Shown here: positions 22,615 through 30,565 of the stretch, one piece after another
Layout: each line of letters starts with the position of its first letter
Numbering within the stretch: position 1 is the stretch's first letter
Virus record (IMG/VR): IMGVR_UViG_3300015189_000001
Location: 1 to 47,474 of that record
Source of the DNA: a virus
Direction: 5' to 3' (one strand)
Length of the DNA stretch: 47,474 nucleotides
Notes under the pieces: model-generated
The model's database searches: none
The model's input: the letters and a program-made list of their open reading frames with translations, nothing else
Told to the model about the DNA's origin: nothing
Position numbers and translations under genes: made by a program

Positions 22615-22767
22615 GGGTTGCGATACCGGCAGATACCACTCCCTCTGTATTCCTCTCTGTTATGCGGAATTTCGCATAACCCCCCCACACTTGGTGCCGA
22701 TAGGCGCTAACACAGTCACTCATGGAATGATCATTTTTTGTTTTAGTCGTTATAAGAGAACACGCTA

Positions 22768-23178
22768 ATGTCCGAAACATCCGCGCACCTGTCCCTCGTG
22801 GACTTCCTCGATCGCCACGCCGATCGCCTGCCGCTGCTCAGCTACGTGTTTCACGTCGCCAACGAATCGGCGGGCGGGGCGAAGTCCAGGAGCGGGATAC
22901 CGCTGGACGTGCTGAAGGAAGCGCGGATGGGCTGCCGCGCAGGCGTGTGGGATTTTCAAATAATCCTGCCCGCTGGGGGCATCGCTATCGAGTTGAAGAG
23001 CAATGCGGCGTACAAGCGCCCGCACAACGGTCTCAGTCCCGCTCAGCTGACCTGGCGGGCACACTACGAGGCGTGCGGTTGGGCGTGCTACGTGTTCCCC
23101 GAATCGCGCTGGACTGAGGCGGCGCTGACGCTGGTGGCAGCGTGCGGCGGGGATGTGGATGCGTATGTGTTTAGTTGA
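22768..23178 (+). CDS. VRR-NUC domain nuclease
   Basis: GVWDFQIILPAGGIAIELKSN...LSPAQLTWRAHYEACGW shows the PD-(D/E)xK pattern. Confidence 0.7.
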   Translation: MSETSAHLSLVDFLDRHADRLPLLSYVFHVANESAGGAKSRSGIPLDVLKEARMGCRAGVWDFQIILPAGGIAIELKSNAAYKRPHNGLSPAQLTWRAHYEACGWACYVFPESRWTEAALTLVAACGGDVDAYVFS

Positions 23179-23456
23179 GAGGGATGGCGATGACCGAGCA
23201 AAACGACGATGAGCGCGTACCATTGACCTACGAGCAGGCGTTGGCGATGCTCCCGGCAGGCGAACGAATACACACATTCCGTGCGGGTGGAAATCTCTTG
23301 CTCGGTGCGGATTGGCCGCGCGAATCACTCTATGCTGTGATACGTGAGTTTGGCGCGGAACTTTCTGGGCCGAGTGCGACGGGCATGGGGCATGGTATAG
23401 CGGTGATCGATCGCGTCGGCGTGCTGTTTATCGAAACGAAAGCCAAACAGTTATGA
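23175..23456 (+). CDS. Hypothetical protein (93 aa)
   Basis: ORF in the coupled chain. Confidence 0.5.
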   Translation: MRGMAMTEQNDDERVPLTYEQALAMLPAGERIHTFRAGGNLLLGADWPRESLYAVIREFGAELSGPSATGMGHGIAVIDRVGVLFIETKAKQL

Positions 23457-23977
23457 CCGAGCACGACCTCAAGACCGCGCCTGAGCACTTCCAGGCGCTC
23501 TGGGATGGCGCGAAGACCGCCGAGCTCCGCAAGGACGATCGCGGCTTCGCGGTCGGCGATACGCTGGTGTTGCGCGAGTGGGGATTGGTGGCTGCATTCG
23601 ATCGTAAAGATGGCGCTTGGCAGTTTGCTGATTGTATAACATACACCGGGCGCGCGCTCACCCGCACGGTCACGCACATCCTGCGCGGCGGGCCGTGGCT
23701 GGCCGATGGCTACGTGATGCTGAGCCTTGCGCCGGTTGAGACGCCTACTGAACGCGCAGTTGCAATCCTCCGTGAGTATACACACGAGATTGGGCATGCG
23801 CCAACTTCTCCTGTTTTCCTTGGTCGTGCCATTGCCGACGCCTTGCGAGGTCGCACGCTCACCGCACGCGAGCAGCTTGACAACCTTGCGGAGTTTGACG
23901 GCGATCCTGAACAGTACACCGCAAAGATGCGGGCGCGCTTTAAGCAGACGAAGGAGGCACCCCATGCCGACGAATGA
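23453..23977 (+). CDS. ASCH/DUF3850-like domain protein
   Basis: HDLKTAPEHFQALWDGAKTAELRKDDRGFAVGDTLVLREW. Confidence 0.6.
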   Translation: MTEHDLKTAPEHFQALWDGAKTAELRKDDRGFAVGDTLVLREWGLVAAFDRKDGAWQFADCITYTGRALTRTVTHILRGGPWLADGYVMLSLAPVETPTERAVAILREYTHEIGHAPTSPVFLGRAIADALRGRTLTAREQLDNLAEFDGDPEQYTAKMRARFKQTKEAPHADE

Positions 23978-24266
23978 GCCCGCCCCCAGCGCATCGGAGG
24001 AAGTCGCCGCCGCCCTGGTATCCAAAGCCGCCTACGACGCGGTATGGGAGCAGAACGCGCTACTCCTGAAGGATAACGATTACTGGCGCATCCAAGCCGC
24101 CGACGTGTTACTCGACCTGCACGCCACACAGGCCCAGCTGGACGCCGCCCGTCCGATCGTGGAGCTTGCGCGGGGTTCATACAACGCCAACTGTGACTGC
24201 GCTGGCTGTCAGCGCACGGCGGCGCTGTTCGCGGCGTACGATGCGCTACGGGGAGGTGCGGAGTGA
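23964..24266 (+). CDS. Hypothetical protein (100 aa)
   Basis: MPTNEPAPS... Coiled region, with CDCAGC near the C-terminus. Confidence 0.45.
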   Translation: MPTNEPAPSASEEVAAALVSKAAYDAVWEQNALLLKDNDYWRIQAADVLLDLHATQAQLDAARPIVELARGSYNANCDCAGCQRTAALFAAYDALRGGAE

Positions 24267-24439
24267 CGATCACACACTGCCATAGTTGCGGAGAGGCACA
24301 CACGGACTGGCGCGCAGGCGAGATCTGGCAATGCCTGCGCTGCACGTTCCGCATTCCCGCCGCGCATGTGTGGCAGTGGTGCTGGGTTAAGGATGCGCCG
24401 CCGAAGGTCGTGCAACATTCGCTTTGGGAGGGATTATGA
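24263..24439 (+). CDS. Small zinc-ribbon protein (58 aa, GTG start)
   Basis: CHSC...CLRC. Coupled at both ends. Confidence 0.4.
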   Translation: MTITHCHSCGEAHTDWRAGEIWQCLRCTFRIPAAHVWQWCWVKDAPPKVVQHSLWEGL

Positions 24440-24831
24440 ATCAGGCACTACAGGATGTTTTATCGGAGCGCGCTCGCCAAGATGCGAAGTGGGGAGAGCA
24501 GAATCATGACCCGATTACGTATCTTGCTATTCTCACAGAAGAAGTAGGAGAGTTGTCGCAGGCAGTACTCCATGTGCGCTTTGGCGGGCCAAAGGCTGAC
24601 GGGTTGCGGGAGGAGGCGATCCATACGGCGGCTGTTGCACTCGCGATTGTGGAAAGCCTTGACCGCGCTGAATGGTCGTGGCCCGAAGCGCCTGCTATTG
24701 GAGCGCTTCAAACGGCGATCAATAGTGTTGAGTGCGATTCAACGGATCAGGATGGCGATGATTTGCCCTGGTACACGCAGGCGCAAAAAGCGATACGCCA
24801 ATGGTTGAATACCCAAAAGCAGGGCAAATAA
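24436..24831 (+). CDS. MazG-like nucleotide pyrophosphohydrolase
   Basis: ERARQDAKWGEQNH...ILTEEVGELSQAV. Confidence 0.65.
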   Translation: MNQALQDVLSERARQDAKWGEQNHDPITYLAILTEEVGELSQAVLHVRFGGPKADGLREEAIHTAAVALAIVESLDRAEWSWPEAPAIGALQTAINSVECDSTDQDGDDLPWYTQAQKAIRQWLNTQKQGK

Positions 24832-24833
24832 CC

Positions 24834-25103
24834 ATGAAATGTGACGCATTCAAGGATGGCTGCACAAGCGTAGCCCGCCACCACGTTGAAGGCTACGACC
24901 TGTGTACGCCCTGCGCGCAGGCATTCGCGGGCTACACGCCCGATGTGACGTATTACAACGCGGCAGAACTGGCTGATATTTTGGCCGATACGGTCGATGC
25001 CTATCTGGAGGCGATCGGGCGTGGCATCCTCCACGCCGAGATTGGATTGCGGCAGGTCATCACGACCTACCGACTAGCACGAGAGGAAGAGAAAACACCA
25101 TGA
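24834..25103 (+). CDS. Hypothetical Cys-containing protein (89 aa)
   Basis: ORF in the chain. Confidence 0.45.
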   Translation: MKCDAFKDGCTSVARHHVEGYDLCTPCAQAFAGYTPDVTYYNAAELADILADTVDAYLEAIGRGILHAEIGLRQVITTYRLAREEEKTP

Positions 25104-25297
25104 CCGACGACGAAGAGGCGGCGATCCTCGCAGAAGGCTGGGCCATTGCCGACGCGCAGATGCTCGAAACGTTGCTGACTCTCGATCCTGTGGCGCATGA
25201 GCAGTTTATGTATATTGCCGAACACGCCTATAGTGATATGCCTTTGGTAGACTTTGTGCAGGTTTGGCGGGATTTGTATGACGCCGCCCCCACGTAG
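25100..25297 (+). CDS. Small acidic protein (65 aa)
   Basis: ATGA overlap with the upstream gene. Confidence 0.5.
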   Translation: MTDDEEAAILAEGWAIADAQMLETLLTLDPVAHEQFMYIAEHAYSDMPLVDFVQVWRDLYDAAPT

Positions 25298-25331
25298 CCC
25301 CGACGCCTCCAGCGATGGCGCGGCGGGCGGG

Positions 25332-25360
25332 GGTTGACAGGCGGGGAGGGGAGGTGAGAC
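25332..25360 (+). repeat. 29-bp direct repeat, copy 1: GGTTGACAGGCGGGGAGGGGAGGTGAGAC
   Basis: The second copy at 25680..25708 differs at one position. The pair brackets gene 25364..25705. Confidence 0.8.
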
Positions 25361-25363
25361 AGA

Positions 25364-25705
25364 ATGAATCTTGCAATCAATATTGCACTAACCAAAGCGC
25401 AGGCGATGCTCAGTTTGAAAGAAGATTGGGACGATGAAGGCGCGTTGCCGATCGCACCTGAACGATTCGCGTATATGACAGCCCTTCTGATCGATACGCC
25501 TGAAAGCACACCAGTGCCCAGTATAAATCCGGTCAACGATGGATCGATTGACCTGCACTGGCGTGTGCGCGAGCTGCTGGTCAATGTGGGTGAGAAGGTC
25601 ACGTACTACGGAAGCGATGGCACAAGCGAGGTCAAAGGCGAAATTGTGACCATGGAGCATTGGCAGACGCTGATGGCGTGGTTGACAGGCGGGGAGAGGA
25701 GGTGA
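25364..25705 (+). CDS. Hypothetical protein (113 aa) bracketed by 29-bp direct repeats
   Basis: ORF. The SD GGAGGTGA lies inside repeat copy 1. Confidence 0.55.
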   Translation: MNLAINIALTKAQAMLSLKEDWDDEGALPIAPERFAYMTALLIDTPESTPVPSINPVNDGSIDLHWRVRELLVNVGEKVTYYGSDGTSEVKGEIVTMEHWQTLMAWLTGGERR

Positions 25706-25708
25706 GAC
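25680..25708 (+). repeat. 29-bp direct repeat, copy 2
   Basis: See 25332..25360. Confidence 0.8.
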
Positions 25709-25808
25709 GGACATCAGATAGGTAAGCGGCCCGAGCGTCGTTAAAAGACGCCCGAGCCGAGTGTATCAGCCCGTTAGCACAAGCAAAATACGAAAGGATT
25801 TTACCACA

Positions 25809-26405
25809 ATGGCACAGTATCGTGTTCGCCGCCCGCCCGCCTCCAGCCGCTTTGACGTGATCGCGAATGTGATCACGATCAGCATGGTTGTCTTCGTGGT
25901 CTGGCTGGCCTGGCCGTTCCTGTCCGAGATGTTCCGCCAGCGCGTCGGCCTCGCACCGACCACGCCGCCCACCAGCGCCCGTCCTGCCATCGGCAACCAA
26001 GCGCCGCCCGAGGTGCGCAGTTCGTACCCCATCAGCGCCGCGCCTGCGCTTCCCAACGTCGCGCAGAACGACGCGACGGCGCAAGTGCAGTATCAAGCCG
26101 CGATCGATGCGGCAAACGGCGCACAGCCCACGCCAGCGCCTGTGTTGCCACTCAACAGCGCCGGGCAGCCGATCATCGACGCACGCCAGCAAGAGCAACA
26201 AGCACAGGCGCTGCAACTCGCCGCTGACGAGGCTGCCCAGGCCGCACGCGCCGCACAGCTGGCCGACGCCGCACAGCGCCCGCCTGATGTGAGCGCCGAT
26301 CAGGTCGCGACGATGACCGGGCGCAATCCGTGCGCCGTGCCACGCGCCGACCCAGCGACGTGCGCGACGGGGCTGTATAAGCCGACGCCGGTGGTGCAGC
26401 GATGA
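25809..26405 (+). CDS. N-terminally anchored Pro/Ala/Gln-rich envelope protein (198 aa)
   Basis: TM VIANVITISMVVFVVWLAWPFL followed by a low-complexity ectodomain. Confidence 0.55.
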   Translation: MAQYRVRRPPASSRFDVIANVITISMVVFVVWLAWPFLSEMFRQRVGLAPTTPPTSARPAIGNQAPPEVRSSYPISAAPALPNVAQNDATAQVQYQAAIDAANGAQPTPAPVLPLNSAGQPIIDARQQEQQAQALQLAADEAAQAARAAQLADAAQRPPDVSADQVATMTGRNPCAVPRADPATCATGLYKPTPVVQR

Positions 26406-26659
26406 GTAGTAGCTTGACAGGCGAAGAAATGATTGATTTTCGGGGCGGTGGGCTGTATTCGGTAGGGTGCTTGTCGGGGCAGCGTTCGGCGCATATTTAC
26501 TGCGGGAGCGATGTGCAATCGCTGTGTCATAACTCACGACGCGATAACCCTGGACTCGCAGAAGGGCACAGATTGCGCTTCAGTCATGGGTATTTTGCGG
26601 GCGAGCTGACCTGTCAAAAGTGCCTTGCCAAGTATCGACGGCTGAAGGCACAGCCATGA
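26402..26659 (+). CDS. Cys/His-rich small protein (85 aa)
   Basis: ATGA overlaps on both sides. Confidence 0.5.
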   Translation: MSSSLTGEEMIDFRGGGLYSVGCLSGQRSAHIYCGSDVQSLCHNSRRDNPGLAEGHRLRFSHGYFAGELTCQKCLAKYRRLKAQP

Positions 26660-27129
26660 CCAGCGTGCGCCTGCTCGCGTGCGCCCTGCTGTTGGTCGGG
26701 GTGATTGCGCTCCGGCCAGCAGCCCCAGCGCTGCCCGCCGACGACACACGCGCCCGGCTTGTGGCCTATGCGCTTTCGCTTCAGGGCATTCCCTACGTGC
26801 GCGGCGGGCGCTCGGCAACGGGCGGCGATTGCAGCGGCACGATGGAGCACATCTATTTGACGGTGACCGGTATCGACATCGGCGCGACGACGTTCAGCCA
26901 GTACCCGCAGTTGCAGCCGATCACGGAGGGGGAGCTTCAGCCTGGCGATCTCTGGTATGGGCAATACACGGACGATCAGCACACCGGGCTTGTGGCTGAT
27001 GTCGATGGGGATGGTCGATGGGACATCGTAAATAATGGGGGGTTGCAAGACAATCTCCATGTGGATTTCGATTTTATGGCGAACCCCTATTTCTACGAAC
27101 ATACGATGGGCTATCGGAGGGCACTATGA
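26656..27129 (+). CDS. Secreted NlpC/P60-family peptidoglycan endopeptidase
   Basis: Signal peptide LLACALLLVGVIAL, then GIPYVRGGRSATGGDCSG with the catalytic Cys, and a downstream HTGLV His. Confidence 0.75.
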   Translation: MTSVRLLACALLLVGVIALRPAAPALPADDTRARLVAYALSLQGIPYVRGGRSATGGDCSGTMEHIYLTVTGIDIGATTFSQYPQLQPITEGELQPGDLWYGQYTDDQHTGLVADVDGDGRWDIVNNGGLQDNLHVDFDFMANPYFYEHTMGYRRAL

Positions 27130-27296
27130 CCACACTGATTCTCATTACGGGCGCGATCATCGTCGCGCTGCTGGCCGCACGACCACGCCAGACGGTCGCT
27201 GCGCGCGTTGATCGTGAGATTGATCGGCAACTGGCCGAGCTGGCGGCACGAGGCATTGTGCCCGATGGCAACATTTGGAAGGAGCTGGGGCAATGA
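27126..27296 (+). CDS. Small single-TM protein (56 aa)
   Basis: MTTLILITGAIIVALLAA... Coupled at both ends. Confidence 0.45.
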   Translation: MTTLILITGAIIVALLAARPRQTVAARVDREIDRQLAELAARGIVPDGNIWKELGQ

Positions 27297-27532
27297 GCTT
27301 TTTCAGACAAGCCCAGCCGCCGACGATTCACGGCGATTACATCGGCTGGGATTATTCCGGCCTGAAATTGCGTGGCTACACGTTGAGCGGCAACTTCACT
27401 GGATCGGACTTTCGCGGGGCGGATCTGCGCGATGCGTATCTGTGCGGCAATTTCACCTGCTGCGATCTGCGCGGCGCGGATCTGCGCGGCGCGACGTTGA
27501 CGGGGACATTCATGCAAGCGATATGGGAGTGA
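27293..27532 (+). CDS. Pentapeptide-repeat protein (79 aa)
   Basis: About ten consecutive A(D/N)LXX-type pentapeptides: LSGNF TGSDF RGADL RDAYL CGNFT CCDLR GADLR GATLT. Confidence 0.75.
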   Translation: MSFFRQAQPPTIHGDYIGWDYSGLKLRGYTLSGNFTGSDFRGADLRDAYLCGNFTCCDLRGADLRGATLTGTFMQAIWE

Positions 27533-27536
27533 GGCG

Positions 27537-28214
27537 ATGACACAGTATTGGACGCGCCGCCGATGGGCGTCACTGGCGGTACATGTCGTATTTGTGAGCG
27601 TGCCGTTCACGCTCTCGACAGTAAGCGCGCTCCTGTTTTGGCAGGCAATGTTCAACAGCTGGTGGCTGGCCGTGCCGATGGTTGCGGTGATCGAAGTGCT
27701 TTCCCTTATTGGCCTGGCACTCTTCATTCTGCGTATCGAATCGCCGTTCACGGTGCTACGCCATTTGCTGCCGTTCATTTCGATTATCCCGCTCGCGCGC
27801 GAGATGTATTTGCTTCTCGCGCACAACGAGGCGTGGATTGCGTGGAGCCTCACGACGCTGGCGACGGTCGTGCTGGTCATCATTTCGTGGCAGTGCTTCA
27901 AGACGATTGAGCGACTGTTCATCGACCCGGTAGCGGCGGCGCGCGAGAAGGCGCACGAGCAGGTGGCGGCATTCCAACGCACGCTGGCACAGCACGAAGA
28001 AATGAGTTTGATAGTGGATTCCTTCGTGTCGGAGCGGCTGGACTATCATCGGAGTGTCACGACAGTGCAGCCGCTGGCGATTGAGAGTAGCGCGCCAGTG
28101 CTCTCACTGTCAAAAACAGCGCGCGTGAAAGCACTGGCACAGTCAACAGGGCAAAGTGAAAGCACGGTTTGGCGTGGCGTAAAGAACGGCACTATCAATC
28201 TTGAGGAGGAGTAA
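27537..28214 (+). CDS. Polytopic membrane protein with a C-terminal HTH (225 aa)
   Basis: About 4 TM helices, then SKTARVKALAQSTGQSESTVWRGVKNG. Confidence 0.6.
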   Translation: MTQYWTRRRWASLAVHVVFVSVPFTLSTVSALLFWQAMFNSWWLAVPMVAVIEVLSLIGLALFILRIESPFTVLRHLLPFISIIPLAREMYLLLAHNEAWIAWSLTTLATVVLVIISWQCFKTIERLFIDPVAAAREKAHEQVAAFQRTLAQHEEMSLIVDSFVSERLDYHRSVTTVQPLAIESSAPVLSLSKTARVKALAQSTGQSESTVWRGVKNGTINLEEE

Positions 28215-28217
28215 ATC

Positions 28218-28724
28218 ATGCAACCACAACGACAAGGTGCGCCACAACCGGGCGTACAAAGCACGCCAATGAGCAACCCGACCCAGCGGCGCAAGGAGTC
28301 GGCGGTCGTGCGTCGCGCAACGCTTCGTAAGCAGCGCAGTGTGATTGAGCGCGCAACCGCATGGATTGTGCTGTTCCTTTCCGTGCTCGGCACTATTGCG
28401 GCATTCGCCGGTGGGTTCACCCCGCTGATTGCTGGCATTGTGGCACGTACGCCAAACTGGGCAGCAATTAGCGGCGGCATTGGGCTTCAGGTCGTGCTTA
28501 CGTTTTTGGAATGGTACTACTTCGATAGTCCGTTTGTCAGCTGGCCAGCGCGCGCGATCGATACCGTAACAACCGCGCTCGGCTATGGCCCGCTGGTGCT
28601 CGTTCCGCTGGTTGCGGTGTTAGCGGGGCGCGGCGTGCCCAGCGTCGTAACAGTGGCATGGCTACTTATTGGCGTGGTGTCGTTCGGTGTGGCGTATTAT
28701 CCTGAGTCACGACTTGTGGAATAG
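28218..28724 (+). CDS. Polytopic membrane protein (168 aa)
   Basis: Basic N-terminus followed by about 4 hydrophobic helices. Confidence 0.6.
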   Translation: MQPQRQGAPQPGVQSTPMSNPTQRRKESAVVRRATLRKQRSVIERATAWIVLFLSVLGTIAAFAGGFTPLIAGIVARTPNWAAISGGIGLQVVLTFLEWYYFDSPFVSWPARAIDTVTTALGYGPLVLVPLVAVLAGRGVPSVVTVAWLLIGVVSFGVAYYPESRLVE

Positions 28725-28764
28725 CGTATAATGATCGTGTCGTTATAACTATGTGAGGTAAATC

Positions 28765-29313
28765 ATGGCACAAGAGCAGGTCATCAACTGGGTGGTACTG
28801 ATCATCACCGTTGGCGCATTGGCGATCGGCCTGCTCTCTGTGCTCGTGGGGAAGATGATCGACGGGTGGGATCATGTCCGTGGATGGTGGGAGGATGGGA
28901 TCACTCGCCAGCGCGCACGCTACGAGGAGCGTGCGCCGCTCTATGGGCTGCGCGCTATGTCAAGTAATCAGGGCGACGATGATGATCAAAAAAGCAACGA
29001 CGAACCGACTTTTTCATCAGCAACAACAACGCCGCAACCAGCAACAACGGCATTGCAATCAGGCGCAACGGATAGCAACGCATTGTTGCAGGGACAAGCG
29101 CGGGCGCTGGCCGCAATGGTCAAGGCTGGCAAAATTGGAGAGACTGACGGAATCAAAATGGTGTTCGGTGTGTCTGCCTCTTCAACCAATCCACGCTACC
29201 AGGCGGCGCGCGCCGCGCTGAAAGAAGAGCTTGCTAAGCTTGAGCCTGCGAAGTTTCGCCGCTCCCCCGAGCAAGAGGCGGCGCGCGAAGCGCTCGGTTT
29301 AAGCGGACACTAG
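28765..29313 (+). CDS. N-terminally anchored protein with an acidic/disordered linker (182 aa)
   Basis: TM VVLIITVGALAIGLLSVLVG. Confidence 0.55.
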   Translation: MAQEQVINWVVLIITVGALAIGLLSVLVGKMIDGWDHVRGWWEDGITRQRARYEERAPLYGLRAMSSNQGDDDDQKSNDEPTFSSATTTPQPATTALQSGATDSNALLQGQARALAAMVKAGKIGETDGIKMVFGVSASSTNPRYQAARAALKEELAKLEPAKFRRSPEQEAAREALGLSGH

Positions 29314-29343
29314 CCCCCACCGTCCCCCACCGTCCCCGTCGCC

Positions 29344-29376
29344 ACGCCCCGCCGATCGTCGCTGATCGCGGGGCGT
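29344..29376 (+). terminator. GC-rich hairpin (13 bp with one bulge) after the membrane-protein block
   Basis: ACGCCCCGC(C)GATC-GTCGCT-GATCGCGGGGCGT. No U-tract. Confidence 0.4.
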
Positions 29377-29391
29377 CGGTGCGCGCGGCAG

Positions 29392-29449
29392 TTCTCTCAT
29401 CTAATTGCAATAAATCTCGCTTGCAATATGTATTGCACTGTGCTATACT
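29392..29449 (+). promoter_or_regulatory. Promoter module B: conserved upstream box plus TTGCAA-17-TGcTATACT
   Basis: Homologous to module A (21915). It contains the inverted repeats ATTGCAAT and CAATA-TG-TATTG. Confidence 0.6.
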
Positions 29450-29503
29450 AGTAACAAGTCAAGAAAACAAACACGAAAAAATCAGCACGAAAGAGCTAAA
29501 CAA

Positions 29504-29764
29504 ATGACAACCTACACCGAAATTCGCAAAATCACCGGGAACAACAAAGCCTACGCCGCCGCCGCCCTCGCCCTGACAATCCAAGAGAATGATTGGATCA
29601 CCGCTGACGATACAACCATTGTTTACCTCAAGTCGAAGAGCAACGACTGGGTTGCCATCCCGGACTGCTACGCCGACGAGGGCGCGGAGTTCAACACAGT
29701 CGGCGGCGTGAGCGTCATCCTGACCGACGGCGGCAGCGGCTACGTCGCCACCGAGGCCGAATAA
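29504..29764 (+). CDS. Small acidic protein (86 aa)
   Basis: 13 D/E against 5 K/R, counted by eye. First gene after promoter B. Confidence 0.55.
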   Translation: MTTYTEIRKITGNNKAYAAAALALTIQENDWITADDTTIVYLKSKSNDWVAIPDCYADEGAEFNTVGGVSVILTDGGSGYVATEAE

Positions 29765-30012
29765 TGCTGACCACCGCAGAAGCCGCCGCGCTCCTCACTG
29801 AGCGCGGCGTGACGGTCATCGGGAAGGGCACAGAGGCGCACGCGCCGACTGCGCGCACCGTGGAGGCGTGGTGCAGGTCAGGCGCGCTTGTGTGTGAGCA
29901 TGTAGGTGTCGGGCGGCGTGGGATGTGGCTTGTGAGCGAGGCGGCGCTAGAGGGGTTTGAGCCGCCGACGATGGGGCCAAAGAAGAAGCAACGAATTACA
30001 CACGAGGCGTAA
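29764..30012 (+). CDS. HTH DNA-binding protein (excisionase/MerR-type, 82 aa)
   Basis: MLTTAEAAALLTERGVTV...TVEAWCRSG. Confidence 0.6.
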   Translation: MLTTAEAAALLTERGVTVIGKGTEAHAPTARTVEAWCRSGALVCEHVGVGRRGMWLVSEAALEGFEPPTMGPKKKQRITHEA

Positions 30013-30069
30013 GGCGGCAGTGCGCCGCCCTGAACCGCGCGGATGACGCGCAGAAAGTAGGAGATGAAT

Positions 30070-30219
30070 ATGGAAGGCACACGCGTAGTTGTTGACGGAC
30101 GCGAGGGCACGATCTGCGAGGTATTCAATGGAGACAGTATTTCCATTGAGTTTGACGATCGGCCCGGCGTCGTGATGGTCGTTGAACTGTGCGACCCGGC
30201 GCTGATCTTCGTGGATTAG
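30070..30219 (+). CDS. Small protein (49 aa)
   Basis: AGGAG SD 7 nt upstream. MEGTRVVVDGREGTICEVF... Below the cut-off. Confidence 0.45.
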   Translation: MEGTRVVVDGREGTICEVFNGDSISIEFDDRPGVVMVVELCDPALIFVD

Positions 30220-30273
30220 CCCCTTCGCACAGTAGGTGGCGGGCGCTGTGCTCGCCGCATCACATAGGAGACG

Positions 30274-30525
30274 ATGATGAGCAACTACACAAATCCCGCT
30301 CCAACATTCATCGGACGCGAGATCGTCACTCGCGAGGCTCCCGGTGCGCACCCCGTGCGCCAGGCGCACACAACCACAATTGTGGATGCGTCTAACCCGC
30401 AGATGGGCGGTATCACATTTCAGGCCAGCGATGGGATCTCCTATCGCTGGGAGGATGAGGGAGCGGCGTGGCGCTGGGTTGAAGACACAAATCCAAGTAA
30501 TCCGGCGCTCAACAAACGGATGTAG
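30274..30525 (+). CDS. Hypothetical protein (83 aa)
   Basis: Last plus-strand ORF before the convergent junction. Confidence 0.5.
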   Translation: MMSNYTNPAPTFIGREIVTREAPGAHPVRQAHTTTIVDASNPQMGGITFQASDGISYRWEDEGAAWRWVEDTNPSNPALNKRM

Positions 30526-30532
30526 TCCCCAC

Positions 30533-30565
30533 CGCCCGCGCTGATCACGGCCAGCGCGGGCGTTT
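30533..30565 (+). terminator. Intrinsic terminator at the convergent junction
   Basis: 11-bp stem CGCCCGCGCTG/CAGCGCGGGCG with an 8-nt loop, followed by TTT. Confidence 0.6.

Noticed and set aside
22565-22648. A complete tRNA-Lys gene carried by the phage.
   Set aside because: Only the anticodon arm through to CCA is tRNA-like. The sequence 5' of it cannot form a D-arm or pair with the acceptor 3' strand GCGGCTC. This is consistent with an attP core rather than a functional tRNA.
25632-27982. Long minus-strand ORFs 25632..26537 (301 aa) and 27074..27982 (302 aa).
   Set aside because: They are antisense to the plus-strand envelope block, whose products have clear signal peptides, TM helices, an NlpC/P60 motif and pentapeptide repeats. 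The antisense translations are Arg-rich and featureless.
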